From assembly GCA_036390825.1 (NCBI GenBank), contig DASWBA010000067.1, forward strand, positions 582 to 64,581: a stretch of 64,000 bases of DNA. The letters are read 5' to 3'. Origin of the DNA: Candidatus Dormiibacterota bacterium (GTDB taxonomy: Bacteria; Chloroflexota; Dormibacteria; CF-121). A program made the translations under genes and the position numbers. Positions within the stretch are counted from its first letter, which is position 1, and each line of letters begins with the position of its first letter. Positions 25,413 to 37,888 of this stretch are shown piece after piece. The notes beneath the pieces were generated by a model. That model was not told the origin of the DNA and searched no databases. It saw only the letters and a list, made by a program, of their open reading frames with translations.

Positions 25413-27740
25413 GTGTCGACCTACTCCGGTGGTTGGTCGACTCAGCAGCTCGCCGAGTTCCTGACCGCCATCGCGTCCTACTCGGACCGGCCCGCCGCGC
25501 TCAAAGGGGCCGTCGAGCGGGTCGCCGAGGCGTTGGAAGCGGAGGTTGCGGCCGTCGTCCAGGGCAATGATGTTCTGGCCTCAGTCGGGTTTCCAGCCGA
25601 CGACGTCCCCACCGCGGTGCTCTGCGCGGCGACCGCGCAAGACGCTGCAACCATCGACCTGCCGTCCCTTGGGGTTTGCCGCATTTCGATCGTGGCACTG
25701 GAGACGCCGAAAGATGCGCGCCTTCTGGTCGCACGAACCGGAGATTCCGAATTCGTCCGCGAAGAGGTGGTTCTCTTGCGGGCCCTGGGGCGCGGCCTGG
25801 CGCTAACGATCCGCTCGCTCGCGGCGCTCGAGGAAGAGCGACACCTGCGTGTCCGGACCGAGGCGCAAAGCCGAGAGAACGTTCGGCTGGTGCGTCAATT
25901 GCAGGAACGTCAGACGCTGCTCGAACGGCTGGCCAAGATCGGCCAATCGATCTCGCACCGTGCTCCGTTCACCGAGGTGCTCGACGCGATCGTCCGTGGT
26001 GCCAGCGAGCTCGTCAATGCGGAGATCGCCAGCTTCCGCTTGCGCGACCCGGCCAAGCCGGACGCGTTGGTGATTCTCGCGCACGTCGGCCTCGCACCGG
26101 AGGTTCTGGCCGAGATGGCCCGGGAGCCTGCCTATCGGGGTGCCAGCAGTCGTGCTGTGGCGGACGACGAGCTGGTGGTCATACCGGATTACCCACGGTT
26201 CGAGGGAGGGGTCGTCGCCCTGGTTCGCGATGGCGTCCAGGTCGCGATGGCCGCGCCTGTACGGGAAACGGGGCGGATCGTCGGGAGTCTCACGGTGGCC
26301 TCGCGCGAGGCCGGGCGCGTGTTCACGCCGGCGGAACAGGACACCCTGGTCGCCTTTGCCGAACACGCCAGCCTCGCGCTCACGGACTCCAAGATGGCGG
26401 CCGCCATGCAACACCAGGTCCTTCACGATGCGCTCACCGACCTGCCCAACCGCACCCTCTTTCTTGATCGCCTCGAACACGCGCTCGCCGGTGCGCGGCG
26501 GGAGGTGGGGTCGATCACGGCGGTCTTCTTCATCGATCTCGATCGCTTCAAGAATGTCAACGACAGCCTGGGGCATGAGGCAGGCGACCAGTTGTTGATT
26601 CAGTTGGGGCGCCGTCTGCGTGGCTCGATTCGCGAGGTGGACACGCCGGCCAGGCTTGGCGGCGACGAGTTTGCCGTCCTCGTGGAAGGGGTGGCGGACC
26701 TCAACGAGGTGATCATCGTCGCCCAGCGAATCCGCGACAACTTGCGCCAGCCGGTGACGATCGGCGGCAACGAGGTCTTCAGCAACCCCAGCATTGGTGT
26801 GGCCACCAGCAGCGATGGGCGAGAGGCCGCGTCCGAGCTGCTCCGCAATGCGGACACGGCCATGTATCGCGCCAAGGAGACGGGCACCAGGCCCTGTGTC
26901 GTCTTCGAGCCGACGATGCATGCGGCGGTGATGCGCCGCCTCGAACTGGATGCCGACCTGGCGCGCGCGGTGGAGCGCAACGAATTCGAGCTGCATTATC
27001 AGCCGGTGGTTCGACTCGATGGGGAGGCGATCGATGGTGCCGAGGCGCTGGTCCGCTGGCGCCATCCGGTTAAAGGGCTCATCCCTCCGGCAGAATTCAT
27101 CGGAGTCGCCGAGGAAAACGGACAGATCGTGCCGCTGGGCCGCTGGGTCTTGCAGGAGGCGATCCGCCAGGCGGTCGAGTGGGAGGCGACCCTGCCGGAT
27201 CGCGGGCCCTTCAGCCTGAGTGTCAACGTGTCCGCGCGGCAGCTGCAGGATCCCGACCTGGTTGGGCAGCTCACGCGCATGCTGTTCGAAGCCGCGTTCA
27301 ACCCGGCTCACCTGGTGCTCGAAATCACAGAGTCCGTGCTGATGCAGGACAAGGGGGGAATGGTGGCAAGGCTGCGGGAGCTGAAGCAGCTGGGTCTACG
27401 ACTGGCCATCGACGACTTTGGGACGGGGTATTCCTCACTCGGATACCTGCGGCATTTTCCGGTCGACGTCCTCAAGATCGACAAGGCGTTCGTCGATGAC
27501 ATCGTCGGAGGGACTGAGCAGTCGGCCGTGGCTCGAGCCATCATCGGCCTCAGCGATGCCCTGCACCTGACCACTGTCGCGGAAGGCATCGAAACGGCGG
27601 GCCAACTTGGCCTACTCCGGTCGCTGGGTTGCGAGCTGGGACAGGGATACTATTTCTCGCCGCCGCTGCCAGCGATGGCCTTCGAAGCAATGTTGCGGCA
27701 TGGCCTTGGCTGGAAACCGGGCGTTTCAGCCGCTGCCTGA
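25413..27740 (+). CDS. GAF-GGDEF-EAL c-di-GMP turnover protein
   Basis: GGDEF (ARLGGDEFAVLV) with RxxD I-site REVD. EAL (GAEALVRWRHP), EITES, DDFGTGYSSL. Start is 2 nt after the FIST stop. Confidence 0.9.
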   Translation: MSTYSGGWSTQQLAEFLTAIASYSDRPAALKGAVERVAEALEAEVAAVVQGNDVLASVGFPADDVPTAVLCAATAQDAATIDLPSLGVCRISIVALETPKDARLLVARTGDSEFVREEVVLLRALGRGLALTIRSLAALEEERHLRVRTEAQSRENVRLVRQLQERQTLLERLAKIGQSISHRAPFTEVLDAIVRGASELVNAEIASFRLRDPAKPDALVILAHVGLAPEVLAEMAREPAYRGASSRAVADDELVVIPDYPRFEGGVVALVRDGVQVAMAAPVRETGRIVGSLTVASREAGRVFTPAEQDTLVAFAEHASLALTDSKMAAAMQHQVLHDALTDLPNRTLFLDRLEHALAGARREVGSITAVFFIDLDRFKNVNDSLGHEAGDQLLIQLGRRLRGSIREVDTPARLGGDEFAVLVEGVADLNEVIIVAQRIRDNLRQPVTIGGNEVFSNPSIGVATSSDGREAASELLRNADTAMYRAKETGTRPCVVFEPTMHAAVMRRLELDADLARAVERNEFELHYQPVVRLDGEAIDGAEALVRWRHPVKGLIPPAEFIGVAEENGQIVPLGRWVLQEAIRQAVEWEATLPDRGPFSLSVNVSARQLQDPDLVGQLTRMLFEAAFNPAHLVLEITESVLMQDKGGMVARLRELKQLGLRLAIDDFGTGYSSLGYLRHFPVDVLKIDKAFVDDIVGGTEQSAVARAIIGLSDALHLTTVAEGIETAGQLGLLRSLGCELGQGYYFSPPLPAMAFEAMLRHGLGWKPGVSAAA

Positions 27741-27819
27741 ACGCAAATTGTTCAACGTGCGCCAGCCTAACCACACAGCCCCCTGACGTTTTTGGATGGC
27801 GAGGTCTGGCTAGACTCTG

Positions 27820-29912
<2,093 letters not shown>

Positions 29913-29913
<1 letters not shown>

Positions 29914-30938
29914 TGGAACGGTTTGTTTATCCCTTTAGCGCCATCGTGGGCCAGGACAAGATGAAGCTCGCGCTCATCTTGAACGCCATCCATCCCGCCA
30001 TTGGCGGGGTGCTGATCCGTGGCGAAAAGGGGACCGGCAAGTCGACCGCCGTCCGCGCGCTGGCGCGCTTGCTCCCCGAGCTCACGGTGGTGGCGGATTG
30101 TCCGTACCACTGCGACCCGGACGCGACCGAGTCCCTCTGCTCCGACTGCCAGGATCGGTTGGCCCGCGGCGAAACGTTGCCCCGGGCTCGTCGACGGATG
30201 CGGGTGGTCGAACTGCCCATCAATGCCTCGGAGGACCGCGTGGTCGGCGCGATCGACATCGAGGCCGCGATCAAGAGTGGCGAACGACGCTTCGAGCCGG
30301 GCGTGCTGGCCGAAGCGAACCGCAACATTCTTTATGTCGACGAGGTGAACTTGCTGGACGATCACCTGGTCGACGTGCTGCTCGATGCGGCCGCCATGGG
30401 CGTCAACGTGGTGGAACGTGAGGGGATTTCGATCTGGCACCCGGCACGCTTCATTCTGGTCGGCACTATGAATCCGGAAGAGGGCGACCTCCGGCCGCAG
30501 TTGCTTGATCGCTTCGGTCTCACGGTCGACGTCGAGGGGATCAAGGACATCGGCCAGCGGGTGGAGATTGTCGAGCGCCGGGAGGAATGGGAGTCCGACC
30601 CGGCAGGGTTCAGCCAGCGATTTGCCGACCAGGACACGGAGATTGGCAATCATATCGGCGAAGCGATCGTTCGCTTCCCGGGGGTGTCGATGCCCGTGGG
30701 CATCCTCCGCGCGCTCGCAGAACTCAACGTCAGCCTCCAGGTAGACGGACACCGCGCCGACCTCGTCGGCCGCAAGGCGGCCCAGGCGCTGGCGGCGTAT
30801 CGCGGCATTCCCGAGGTCGGGGTCGCTGAGGTCAACGAAGTCGCTGACATGGTGCTTGCCCACCGGGTCAAGGCCGGAGGCCGCCATGAGCTTGGGATCG
30901 CCCAGAGCCATCCAGCCTCCAGGGCGTCGCGCAGCTAG
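29913..30938 (+). CDS. ChlI/BchI-like AAA+ chelatase ATPase subunit
   Basis: [21 protein letters not shown]...[43 protein letters not shown]. The start overlaps the upstream stop (TGATG). Confidence 0.9.
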
Positions 30939-30941
30939 CAG

Positions 30942-30972
30942 CCCCACCCTGCCCTCTCCGGGAGGGGGAGGG
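30942..30972 (+). repeat. REP-like palindromic element, copy C
   Basis: ccccaccctgccctctccg-gga-gggggaggg, 3 nt after the chlI-like stop. Confidence 0.8.
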
Positions 30973-31001
30973 ATCTGGAAGCACACTGCGTTGATCTCGC
31001 C

Positions 31002-32219
31002 GTGAGGCGGTTGGTGTGTGTGCTGAGTCTCGTCCTCGTTACCGCCTGTTCGGCCGCGCCCACCGGCGTGCGGACGAGTCCGACTCCGACCGCAAGCGTG
31101 ACTGCGCCGGGATCCCCCTATCCGTCGCGCGTCCTCTTCGCCGTTCTCGAGACCAAACGAGCAGGTGCGCAGGAGTCGGAGTATGCCGGCAGCCACGACA
31201 CGATCGCGATCGCGGGCAGCGATGGCTTCGCCGTTGCTCGGGCGACCTTCGTTCCGCGGCACATTCCCGTGATCCCGATGGCGGGTGCGGTTCTGTACCC
31301 CGAGGCGTACCCGGCAGCCGGCGGCGTCTACTTTATCGACGGTGCCGGGGTCGTTCGCCGGCTCGATCCATCGGGATCAACGCGCAAGGTCACCACATTT
31401 CCCATCACCTCCCCGCAACAGGGTGTTAGCTTCGCGGTCAGCCCAGATGGCAAACAGCTGATCGCTGCAGTGCTCACCTATCCGAGCGTGGCGCCAGCGC
31501 CGTCACCGTCGGCGGGCGAGGCGCCGGGCCCGCCCTTCATCACGACGGGATCGTGGATGCTCGATCTGGAGGTTGCCACTGACGGCGGTTCCGCCGCGGT
31601 AGTGCACCACTGGCAGAGCGGCGCCAACGATTATCCCGGGAGCAGCAGCGGCTTTCGGAACCTCGCGATCGTCGGTTGGGACGCAACCGGTCCGATTGGC
31701 ATGATTGACGGCTATAACGGGGTGCAGCAGACCCTCTTCGAAGGCCAGCGCTGGGCCGGTGGCCACCTCATCCGGTTGGGGCTCGACGGCACCCTTGGCG
31801 CACCCACCCTGTCGGCTGACTGCACGCCGGTAGCCCTCGGCGATGGGGGTCGCGTCGCTTGCCTTTTGCCCGGAGCCGGCGCCCACACCGACCTGCTCCA
31901 GGTAGCCCGCCTGGATGGCACGGTTCTCTGGACAGCCATCCAACCCACGCAGCACATTCAGACAGCGCAATACGGCGGCTTCACGCTCTCCCCCGACGGG
32001 ACCCTGGTCGCGATGGATGGCGTGCTGGTCCCGCAACACGGCGTTGATGTCCCCCTGCCGGAGAGCTTCATGACCCGGGGATGGCTCAGCCGCGACACCT
32101 TGATCGGCCTTACCCAGGGGACCGAGCCAATGAAGATCGGGATTCTCCGCCTCAATGCGGCCACATCGATCGAGAACTGGGGGTTCAGTGGCCAATTCGT
32201 GGGGGTGCTTCGGCCCTAG
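31002..32219 (+). CDS. Hypothetical lipoprotein, probable beta-propeller (TolB/WD40-like repeats)
   Basis: Signal peptide with lipobox LVLVTAC|S. Repeated ...SPDGKQLIAAV / ...SPDGTLVAMDG motifs. Confidence 0.65.
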   Translation: MRRLVCVLSLVLVTACSAAPTGVRTSPTPTASVTAPGSPYPSRVLFAVLETKRAGAQESEYAGSHDTIAIAGSDGFAVARATFVPRHIPVIPMAGAVLYPEAYPAAGGVYFIDGAGVVRRLDPSGSTRKVTTFPITSPQQGVSFAVSPDGKQLIAAVLTYPSVAPAPSPSAGEAPGPPFITTGSWMLDLEVATDGGSAAVVHHWQSGANDYPGSSSGFRNLAIVGWDATGPIGMIDGYNGVQQTLFEGQRWAGGHLIRLGLDGTLGAPTLSADCTPVALGDGGRVACLLPGAGAHTDLLQVARLDGTVLWTAIQPTQHIQTAQYGGFTLSPDGTLVAMDGVLVPQHGVDVPLPESFMTRGWLSRDTLIGLTQGTEPMKIGILRLNAATSIENWGFSGQFVGVLRP

Positions 32220-32243
32220 CCGACTGACCGATAAACTCGGTCG

Positions 32244-34046
32244 GTGTCCACGCCGACGCACCTGACCCGAGCGATCTCCGTGATTGCGCACGTCGACCAT
32301 GGCAAGACCACGCTCTCTGACCGCCTGCTCGAGTTCACGGGCACGGTGGCGCCCCGCGACATGGTGGAGCAGGTGCTGGATCAGCTCGATCTCGAACGCG
32401 AGCGTGGGATCACGATCAAGGCGCAGGCGGTCCGGATGCTCTACAAGGCCGACGACGGCAACACCTACCAGATCAACCTGATCGACACCCCGGGTCACGT
32501 CGACTTTTCGTACGAAGTCTCGCGCGCGCTGGCCGCCTGCGACGGGGCCATCCTCGTGGTCGATGCCTCGCAGGGCATCGAGGCGCAGACGCTGGCGAAC
32601 GTGCACCAGGCGCTCGACCACCACCTGAAGATCATCCCCGTTGTCAACAAGATCGACCTGCCGCAAGCCGACCCCGAACTGGTTCGCGAAGAGATCGAAA
32701 AAGTCATCGGCCTCCCCGCCGAGTCCGTCATCTTCGCCAGCGCGCGCCAGGGCATCGGCACCAAGGAGATCCTCGAGGCGGTCGTGCACGAGGTTCCGCC
32801 GCCGACCGGCGACTCGAACGCGCCGCTGCAGGCCCTGATCTTCGACGCCAAGTTCGACGCCTACCGAGGGGTTGTCACCTATATTCGCGTGCTGGAAGGG
32901 ACGCTGCGCCCGAGGATGCGCATTCAGATGATGCAGACCGGCAAAGCGTTCGAAGTCGACGAGGTCGGGATCTTCCGCCCTGAGCGCACGCCGGTCGACG
33001 ACCTGTCCGCCGGCGAGGTCGGCTACCTGATCGCCAACATCCGCAACGTGCGAGACTCCCGGGTGGGCGACACGGTGACCGACGAGGCCCGTCCGGCGGC
33101 CGCACCCTTGCCCGGCTACCGGCACGTCACACCGATGGTCTTCGCCGGACTATTCCCGACCGACACCGAGCAGTATCAGCAGCTCAAGGAGGCGCTCGAG
33201 AAACTCCAGCTCAACGACGCCGCGCTGGTCTATGAACCGGAGACGTCCGCAGCGCTTGGATTTGGGTTCCGCTGCGGCTTTCTCGGGCTGCTTCACATGG
33301 AGATCGTCCAGGAGCGCCTCGAGCGCGAGTTCAACCTCACGCTGCTGGGCACGGCACCCACAGTCGAGTATCGCGTGAAGCTGCGCAACGGCCAGGAAAT
33401 CCCGGTCGACAACCCGGACAAACTGCCCGATCCTGCCGAGATTGAAGCCATCAGCGAGCCGATGGTGATCGCCACCATCGTGGTGCCGAGCACCTACGTC
33501 GGCAACATGATGGAGCTCAGCCAGGAGCGGCGTGGTCAGTTCCTCAACATGCAATACGAGCCGGGCGACCGGGTGGTCATCACCTACCGCATGCCGCTCG
33601 CAGAGATCATCCACGACTACTACGACCAGCTGAAGTCGCGGAGCAAGGGCTATGCGTCCCTCGACTACGAATTGGTGGGCTTCGAAGAGGCCAACCTGGT
33701 CAAACTCGATGTACTGGTCGCCGGGTCACCGATCGATGCACTCTCGATGATCGTCGACCGCAGCAAGGCGCAACAGCAGGGCCGCCGCCTGGCAGAAAAA
33801 CTGAAGACCTTGATTCCGCGTCAGCTCTTCGAGGTCCCCATCCAGGCCGCCATCGGTGGCAAGATCGTCGCCCGCGAGACCGTGCCGGCGATGCGCAAGG
33901 ACGTCACGGCCAAGTGCTATGGCGGCGACGTAACCCGCAAGCGGAAGCTGCTCGAGAAGCAGAAGGAAGGTAAGAAGCGACTGAAGCGCGTGGGCAATGT
34001 CGAGATTCCACAGGAAGCCTTCATGGCAGTGCTGAGCCTGGATTGA
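32244..34046 (+). CDS. lepA: Translation elongation factor 4 (LepA)
   Basis: [29 protein letters not shown], and the C-terminal LepA domain ...[25 protein letters not shown]. Confidence 0.95.
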   Translation: MSTPTHLTRAISVIAHVDHGKTTLSDRLLEFTGTVAPRDMVEQVLDQLDLERERGITIKAQAVRMLYKADDGNTYQINLIDTPGHVDFSYEVSRALAACDGAILVVDASQGIEAQTLANVHQALDHHLKIIPVVNKIDLPQADPELVREEIEKVIGLPAESVIFASARQGIGTKEILEAVVHEVPPPTGDSNAPLQALIFDAKFDAYRGVVTYIRVLEGTLRPRMRIQMMQTGKAFEVDEVGIFRPERTPVDDLSAGEVGYLIANIRNVRDSRVGDTVTDEARPAAAPLPGYRHVTPMVFAGLFPTDTEQYQQLKEALEKLQLNDAALVYEPETSAALGFGFRCGFLGLLHMEIVQERLEREFNLTLLGTAPTVEYRVKLRNGQEIPVDNPDKLPDPAEIEAISEPMVIATIVVPSTYVGNMMELSQERRGQFLNMQYEPGDRVVITYRMPLAEIIHDYYDQLKSRSKGYASLDYELVGFEEANLVKLDVLVAGSPIDALSMIVDRSKAQQQGRRLAEKLKTLIPRQLFEVPIQAAIGGKIVARETVPAMRKDVTAKCYGGDVTRKRKLLEKQKEGKKRLKRVGNVEIPQEAFMAVLSLD

Positions 34047-35164
34047 TGGAACGCATTCACAGCCTCTACCTGCACGTGCCCTTCTGCACCTGGGTGTGCA
34101 AGTACTGCGATTTCAACGCTTATGCCGTACTCGATGGCCTGATCCCTCCCTACGTCGATGCCCTCGCTCGGGAGATCGATATGGCCGGTGGCGCGTTGCC
34201 GATCGGGCCGATCGAGACGGTCTTCATCGGTGGTGGCACGCCCAGCCTGCTCACGATCGATCAGTTGCGCCTTCTGATGGATCGCGTGCGGTCCATCGGG
34301 CTTGCGGCCGACGCCGAGGTCACGCTGGAAGCGAACCCGAGCAACGTGACCGGCGAGCAGGTGGATGGCTGGCTCGCGGCGGGTGTCAACCGGCTCAGTA
34401 TTGGCGTGCAGAGTCTGCAGCCTGACGCGTTGCGCTTCCTGGAACGCCTCCACTCCGGCCCGGAGGCGATCACGGCCATCCGCACCGCACACGACGCCGG
34501 CTTCGCGAATGTCAACGCCGATCTGCTGTACGGAGTGCCCGGCGTGGACCTCGAGGGCTGGCTCGAGACGCTCGACGCGGTGCTGGCCGAGGGCGTTGAG
34601 CATCTGTCGGCCTATGAGCTGACGGTGGAGTCCCAAACCCGGCTGGGCCAGGAGGTGCGGACCGGCCTGGTCCAGATGCCCGACGCCGACGACCAGCTAG
34701 AGCAGTACTGGGCCGCGGTGGCCCGGTTGGAGGCCGCCGGCTATGCCCATTACGAAATCTCGAACTGGGCCCGTCCTCAATTTGCTTGCCGGCACAACCT
34801 GGACGCCTGGCACTACCAGCCGTACCTGGGGTGCGGGGCAGGCGCGCATTCGATGTTTCGCGAAGGTGATGGCAGCACGGAGCGGCGGTGGAACGTGAAG
34901 GGCCCGCACGCCTATATCAGGCAGGCCGCCGCCTCAGGGCACGCGGTCGCCGGCCGCGAGACCCTGTCACCGGAGCGCGCGAGTGGAGAGGCCGCCATGG
35001 TCGGCGTCCGCTTATTGGATGGCACCACCGCGGCGCGCGATTTCCCCGCCCAGCGGACCCAGCTGGTCGAGGCCGGGTTGCTGGCCGAACAGGATGGTGG
35101 CGTCAAGCTCACACGACGGGGCATCGAGCTCGCGAACCAGGTTGGCGCCGCCTTCCTGGCTTAG
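34043..35164 (+). CDS. hemW: Radical SAM heme chaperone HemW (HemN-like, oxygen-independent coproporphyrinogen oxidase family)
   Basis: [17 protein letters not shown] (CxxxCxxC), GGGTPS. Classic lepA-hemW synteny. Confidence 0.88.
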   Translation: MMERIHSLYLHVPFCTWVCKYCDFNAYAVLDGLIPPYVDALAREIDMAGGALPIGPIETVFIGGGTPSLLTIDQLRLLMDRVRSIGLAADAEVTLEANPSNVTGEQVDGWLAAGVNRLSIGVQSLQPDALRFLERLHSGPEAITAIRTAHDAGFANVNADLLYGVPGVDLEGWLETLDAVLAEGVEHLSAYELTVESQTRLGQEVRTGLVQMPDADDQLEQYWAAVARLEAAGYAHYEISNWARPQFACRHNLDAWHYQPYLGCGAGAHSMFREGDGSTERRWNVKGPHAYIRQAAASGHAVAGRETLSPERASGEAAMVGVRLLDGTTAARDFPAQRTQLVEAGLLAEQDGGVKLTRRGIELANQVGAAFLA

Positions 35165-35188
35165 GCCTGCGATGTTCGCGATCTACCA

Positions 35189-35542
35189 GTGGGCGTGAAC
35201 GGGCCGGTTGTTCTCACCACGGTCGCTTTTCTTCTTGCCGGGGCCGCGCTAGGCTACGCCTCGCTCGCAGCCGGGCCGCTTCCAGCCGCCACGGGGGTCA
35301 TCTTCCTGGTGCTGTTGCTGGCCAGGTTCCGAAGCCGACCGGAGCAGCCCGGTGGCTACATGCTCGGCGGGGGATTGGCCGGGGCGGTGATTCTGTTCAA
35401 GGTGATGGCCGACTGTTCGCCGCCGTCATGCACGTTCAAGCTCATCACGCCAATCGTCGGGGTCCTGTTTATCGCCGTCGCCGTTGCTGGAGCCGGGCTG
35501 CTGGTGCGCGCCGTCATGGAGCACCGCTTCTCGTCACGCTGA
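35189..35542 (+). CDS. Hypothetical small membrane protein (3-4 TM helices)
   Basis: A hydrophobic ORF with high third-position GC. No recognisable family. Confidence 0.45.
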   Translation: MGVNGPVVLTTVAFLLAGAALGYASLAAGPLPAATGVIFLVLLLARFRSRPEQPGGYMLGGGLAGAVILFKVMADCSPPSCTFKLITPIVGVLFIAVAVAGAGLLVRAVMEHRFSSR

Positions 35543-36157
35543 TTCGGCGTTGCGCTTGGGTACGCCCAGCTTGGCCATGACCCGCTCGAACAGGTCATAC
35601 GGTTGGGCGCCCATCACCAGGTAGCGGTCGGCGATGACATGGGCGGGGATGCCGTTGATGCCCAACTCCTCGGCCTCGGCGCGACGGGCATCGAGATAAT
35701 CGCCGAATCGGTCGGTTGCGATCGCCGCCTCCATCCCCGGCACGTCGACGCCGGCCTTCGAGGCGACCTCGCAGAGGACGGCGATGTCCGACACGTCTTT
35801 CCCTTCGTCCCAATAGGCCCTGAGCAGCTCGTGGTGCATCGCGTCGAAATGACCCTGCTCGCGGGCGAATTCGGCGGCCTGCAGGGCGGGACGGGAATTG
35901 ATCAGGCGTTCATGCTGTGCGAGACGGAGGCCGACGGCAGCCCCCATTCGACTTACCCCCTCCTGGGCCCTCGCCATGTAGGCGGCCGGTAGGACCTCCT
36001 CGCGAGGCCGGCCTTCGGGCGGGATCTCAGGGTGCAGCTCGAAGGGCACCCATTCGATCTCAACCTCGTATTCCCGCGCCAGCCGCTCGACTCCGACCGA
36101 GTCGATATAGCAGAAGGGTCAGACGTAGTCTGAGTAGATCCGCACGGAAGTCGGCAT
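35534..36157 (-). CDS. DsbA/FrnE-like thiol:disulfide oxidoreductase with in-frame TGA (candidate selenocysteine, U-P-F-C active site); alternatively a nonsense pseudogene
   Basis: ATG 36157. Reads MPTSVRIYSDYV-TGA(36121-36119)-PFCYIDSVGVERLAREYEVEIEWVPFELHPE..., and the frame is continuous with track ORF 35534-36049. A SECIS-like hairpin lies downstream. Confidence 0.6.
36087..36105 (-). other. bSECIS-like stem-loop: (U)CGACUC-GGUCG-GAGUCG(A)
   Basis: Perfect 6-bp stem (7 bp with the flanking U-A pair). The loop contains GGUC and begins 20 nt after the UGA. Confidence 0.5.
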
Positions 36158-36185
36158 GCCCCGAGGATAGCCGGTACAATTCAAG

Positions 36186-36212
36186 TTAGCACTCGCGGAT
36201 CGAGACTGCCAA
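36186..36212 (+). promoter_or_regulatory. CIRCE operator (HrcA binding site): TTAGCACTC-N9-GACTGCCAA
   Basis: The left arm is a perfect consensus and the right arm matches 7/9 of GAGTGCTAA. It ends 4 nt before the hrcA ATG. A TACAAT -10 box lies at 36175-36180. Confidence 0.8.
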
Positions 36213-36216
36213 TACC

Positions 36217-37254
36217 ATGGAAGCAACTCCCCTCGACGAGCGCAAGCAGCAGATCCTGAAAGCCGTGGTCTCGGACTACACCGTGACCGGGGTCCCGGTC
36301 GGCTCGCAGGTGCTGGCGGCCAAGTACTTCATCGCGCTGTCCTCGGCGACGATCCGCAACGAGCTGGCCGACCTGGTCGGCACCGGCTACCTGCAACAGC
36401 CGCACACCTCGGCGGGCCGGGTCCCGACGGACCGGGGCTACCGCTACTTCGTCGATTTCCTCATGGACCCCGAGGCCGCCTCGCCGACCGTCCGGCGGAC
36501 CGTCAAGCAGGCTTTTGAAACGGCGCCGCATAGCGTCGAGGGGATCCTGGAGAAGGCGGCGATGGTGCTCGCCCAGATCACCGAGAATGTCTCGCTGGTC
36601 ACCGCGCCTGAGACCAGCGAGGCGCGCATCAAACACATCGACCTGGTCTCACTGGAGTCGCAGTCCGTCCTGATCATCCTGGTGCTCGAGGGCAACCTCA
36701 TCAAGCAGACGGTGATTCGTCTCGAGCGGGCGACGTCTCAGGATGACCTCAGCCGGATGGCCGCCATGCTGAACCGCAAGGTCAAGGGGCAAACCGCCGA
36801 AGAGCTCCTGTCCCGGTTGCAGCAGCTCGGTCCCGATCGCGATGAGCAGCGCCAGATCCTCGAACGTGTCATCGATTCGATCAGCACCCACCAGGCGCAA
36901 CGGCAGTCGGTGGTCCTGCATGACGGCGTGCGCAACCTGCTGCGCCATCCGGAGTTCGTGGAGGTCAACCGGCTCGAAGAGTTGCTGGAATTACTGGAGC
37001 AGGGCGCCCAGCTGGCCGGCATCTTGCAGCAGGTGGCCTTCGACAAGGACGTCGAGATCATCATCGGTCGCGAGAATACGAGCAGCGGCTTGCGCGAGTG
37101 CAGCCTGGTGCTGACCACCTACAAGATGGACGAGCGGGTGCGAGGCACGATCGGCGTTATCGGGCCGACCCGAATGCATTACGGGCAAGTCGTGGCCCGG
37201 GTCCGGCTGGTCAGCCAGGCGACCTCCGAGCTCCTTGGCCCGCTCGGGAACTGA
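36217..37254 (+). CDS. hrcA: Heat-inducible transcription repressor HrcA
   Basis: ERKQQILKAVVSDYTVTGVPVGSQVLA...SSATIRNELADL...GYLQQPHTSAGRVPTDRGYRYFVD. Confidence 0.93.
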   Translation: MEATPLDERKQQILKAVVSDYTVTGVPVGSQVLAAKYFIALSSATIRNELADLVGTGYLQQPHTSAGRVPTDRGYRYFVDFLMDPEAASPTVRRTVKQAFETAPHSVEGILEKAAMVLAQITENVSLVTAPETSEARIKHIDLVSLESQSVLIILVLEGNLIKQTVIRLERATSQDDLSRMAAMLNRKVKGQTAEELLSRLQQLGPDRDEQRQILERVIDSISTHQAQRQSVVLHDGVRNLLRHPEFVEVNRLEELLELLEQGAQLAGILQQVAFDKDVEIIIGRENTSSGLRECSLVLTTYKMDERVRGTIGVIGPTRMHYGQVVARVRLVSQATSELLGPLGN

Positions 37255-37270
37255 TTCGGCCGGCAGGGCA

Positions 37271-37879
37271 ATGGGTAAAAAGCCAAGCATGTCATCGAAG
37301 CATCAGCCCCCCGATCCAATGGCACCGGGCGGCGGACAGAGCCGTCCGAGCGTGACCGACACCAGGGCCAGCTCGGCGACGGAGGGTGAGCCAGCCCAGC
37401 CCCAACCGCCGAGCGATCCCGAACTGCAGGCGGCCCGCGATGAAGCGCAGGCGACCTTTGCTCGCTACCAGCGGCTCGCCGCCGACTTCGAAAACTACAA
37501 GCGGCGTACCCGCCAGGACCTGACCGATCGCACCCAGTTCGCAAACGAGGAGCTGCTCCGTAAGCTGCTGCCGCTCCGGGACAATCTCCAGCGCGCGCTC
37601 GAGCACGCCCCCGAGGGCGTCGACCGCAACTGGTTCGATGGCATCAAGCTGGTGGTCCGACAGTTCGACGATGTCCTGCAATCCCAAGGCCTCTCGACCA
37701 TCCCGTCGGTCGGCGAGAAGTTCGACCCCGCCCAACATGAGGCGATTGCCAGCGAGGAGACCGATGAGCACGAGGAAGGCACCATCGTCGAGGAGATGCA
37801 GCCCGGGTACCGGCTCCACAACCGTGTGCTCAGGCCCACCCTGGTGAAGGTTGCCCATCCCCGCGCGTTAAAGTCCTAA
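37271..37879 (+). CDS. grpE: Nucleotide exchange factor GrpE
   Basis: RLAADFENYKRRT...LLPLRDNLQRAL...FDPAQHEAI...GYRLHNRVLRPTLVKV. Confidence 0.9.
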   Translation: MGKKPSMSSKHQPPDPMAPGGGQSRPSVTDTRASSATEGEPAQPQPPSDPELQAARDEAQATFARYQRLAADFENYKRRTRQDLTDRTQFANEELLRKLLPLRDNLQRALEHAPEGVDRNWFDGIKLVVRQFDDVLQSQGLSTIPSVGEKFDPAQHEAIASEETDEHEEGTIVEEMQPGYRLHNRVLRPTLVKVAHPRALKS

Positions 37880-37888
37880 CACACCTTT

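Noticed and set aside
27741-27819. Candidate promoter hexamers (TTGTTC, TAGACT) upstream of the chlD-like gene, and similar weak matches in other intergenic gaps.
   Set aside because: The spacing between the -35-like and -10-like hexamers is wrong (13 or 22 nt). They are not supportable by eye.
35534-36049. Accepting the track's truncated 171-aa DsbA-like ORF (GTG 36049) as the real gene.
   Set aside because: It would lack the thioredoxin-fold beta1-CxxC-alpha1 region. That region is present in frame immediately upstream, interrupted only by the TGA. The pseudogene alternative is kept as the refutation case of the selenoprotein finding.
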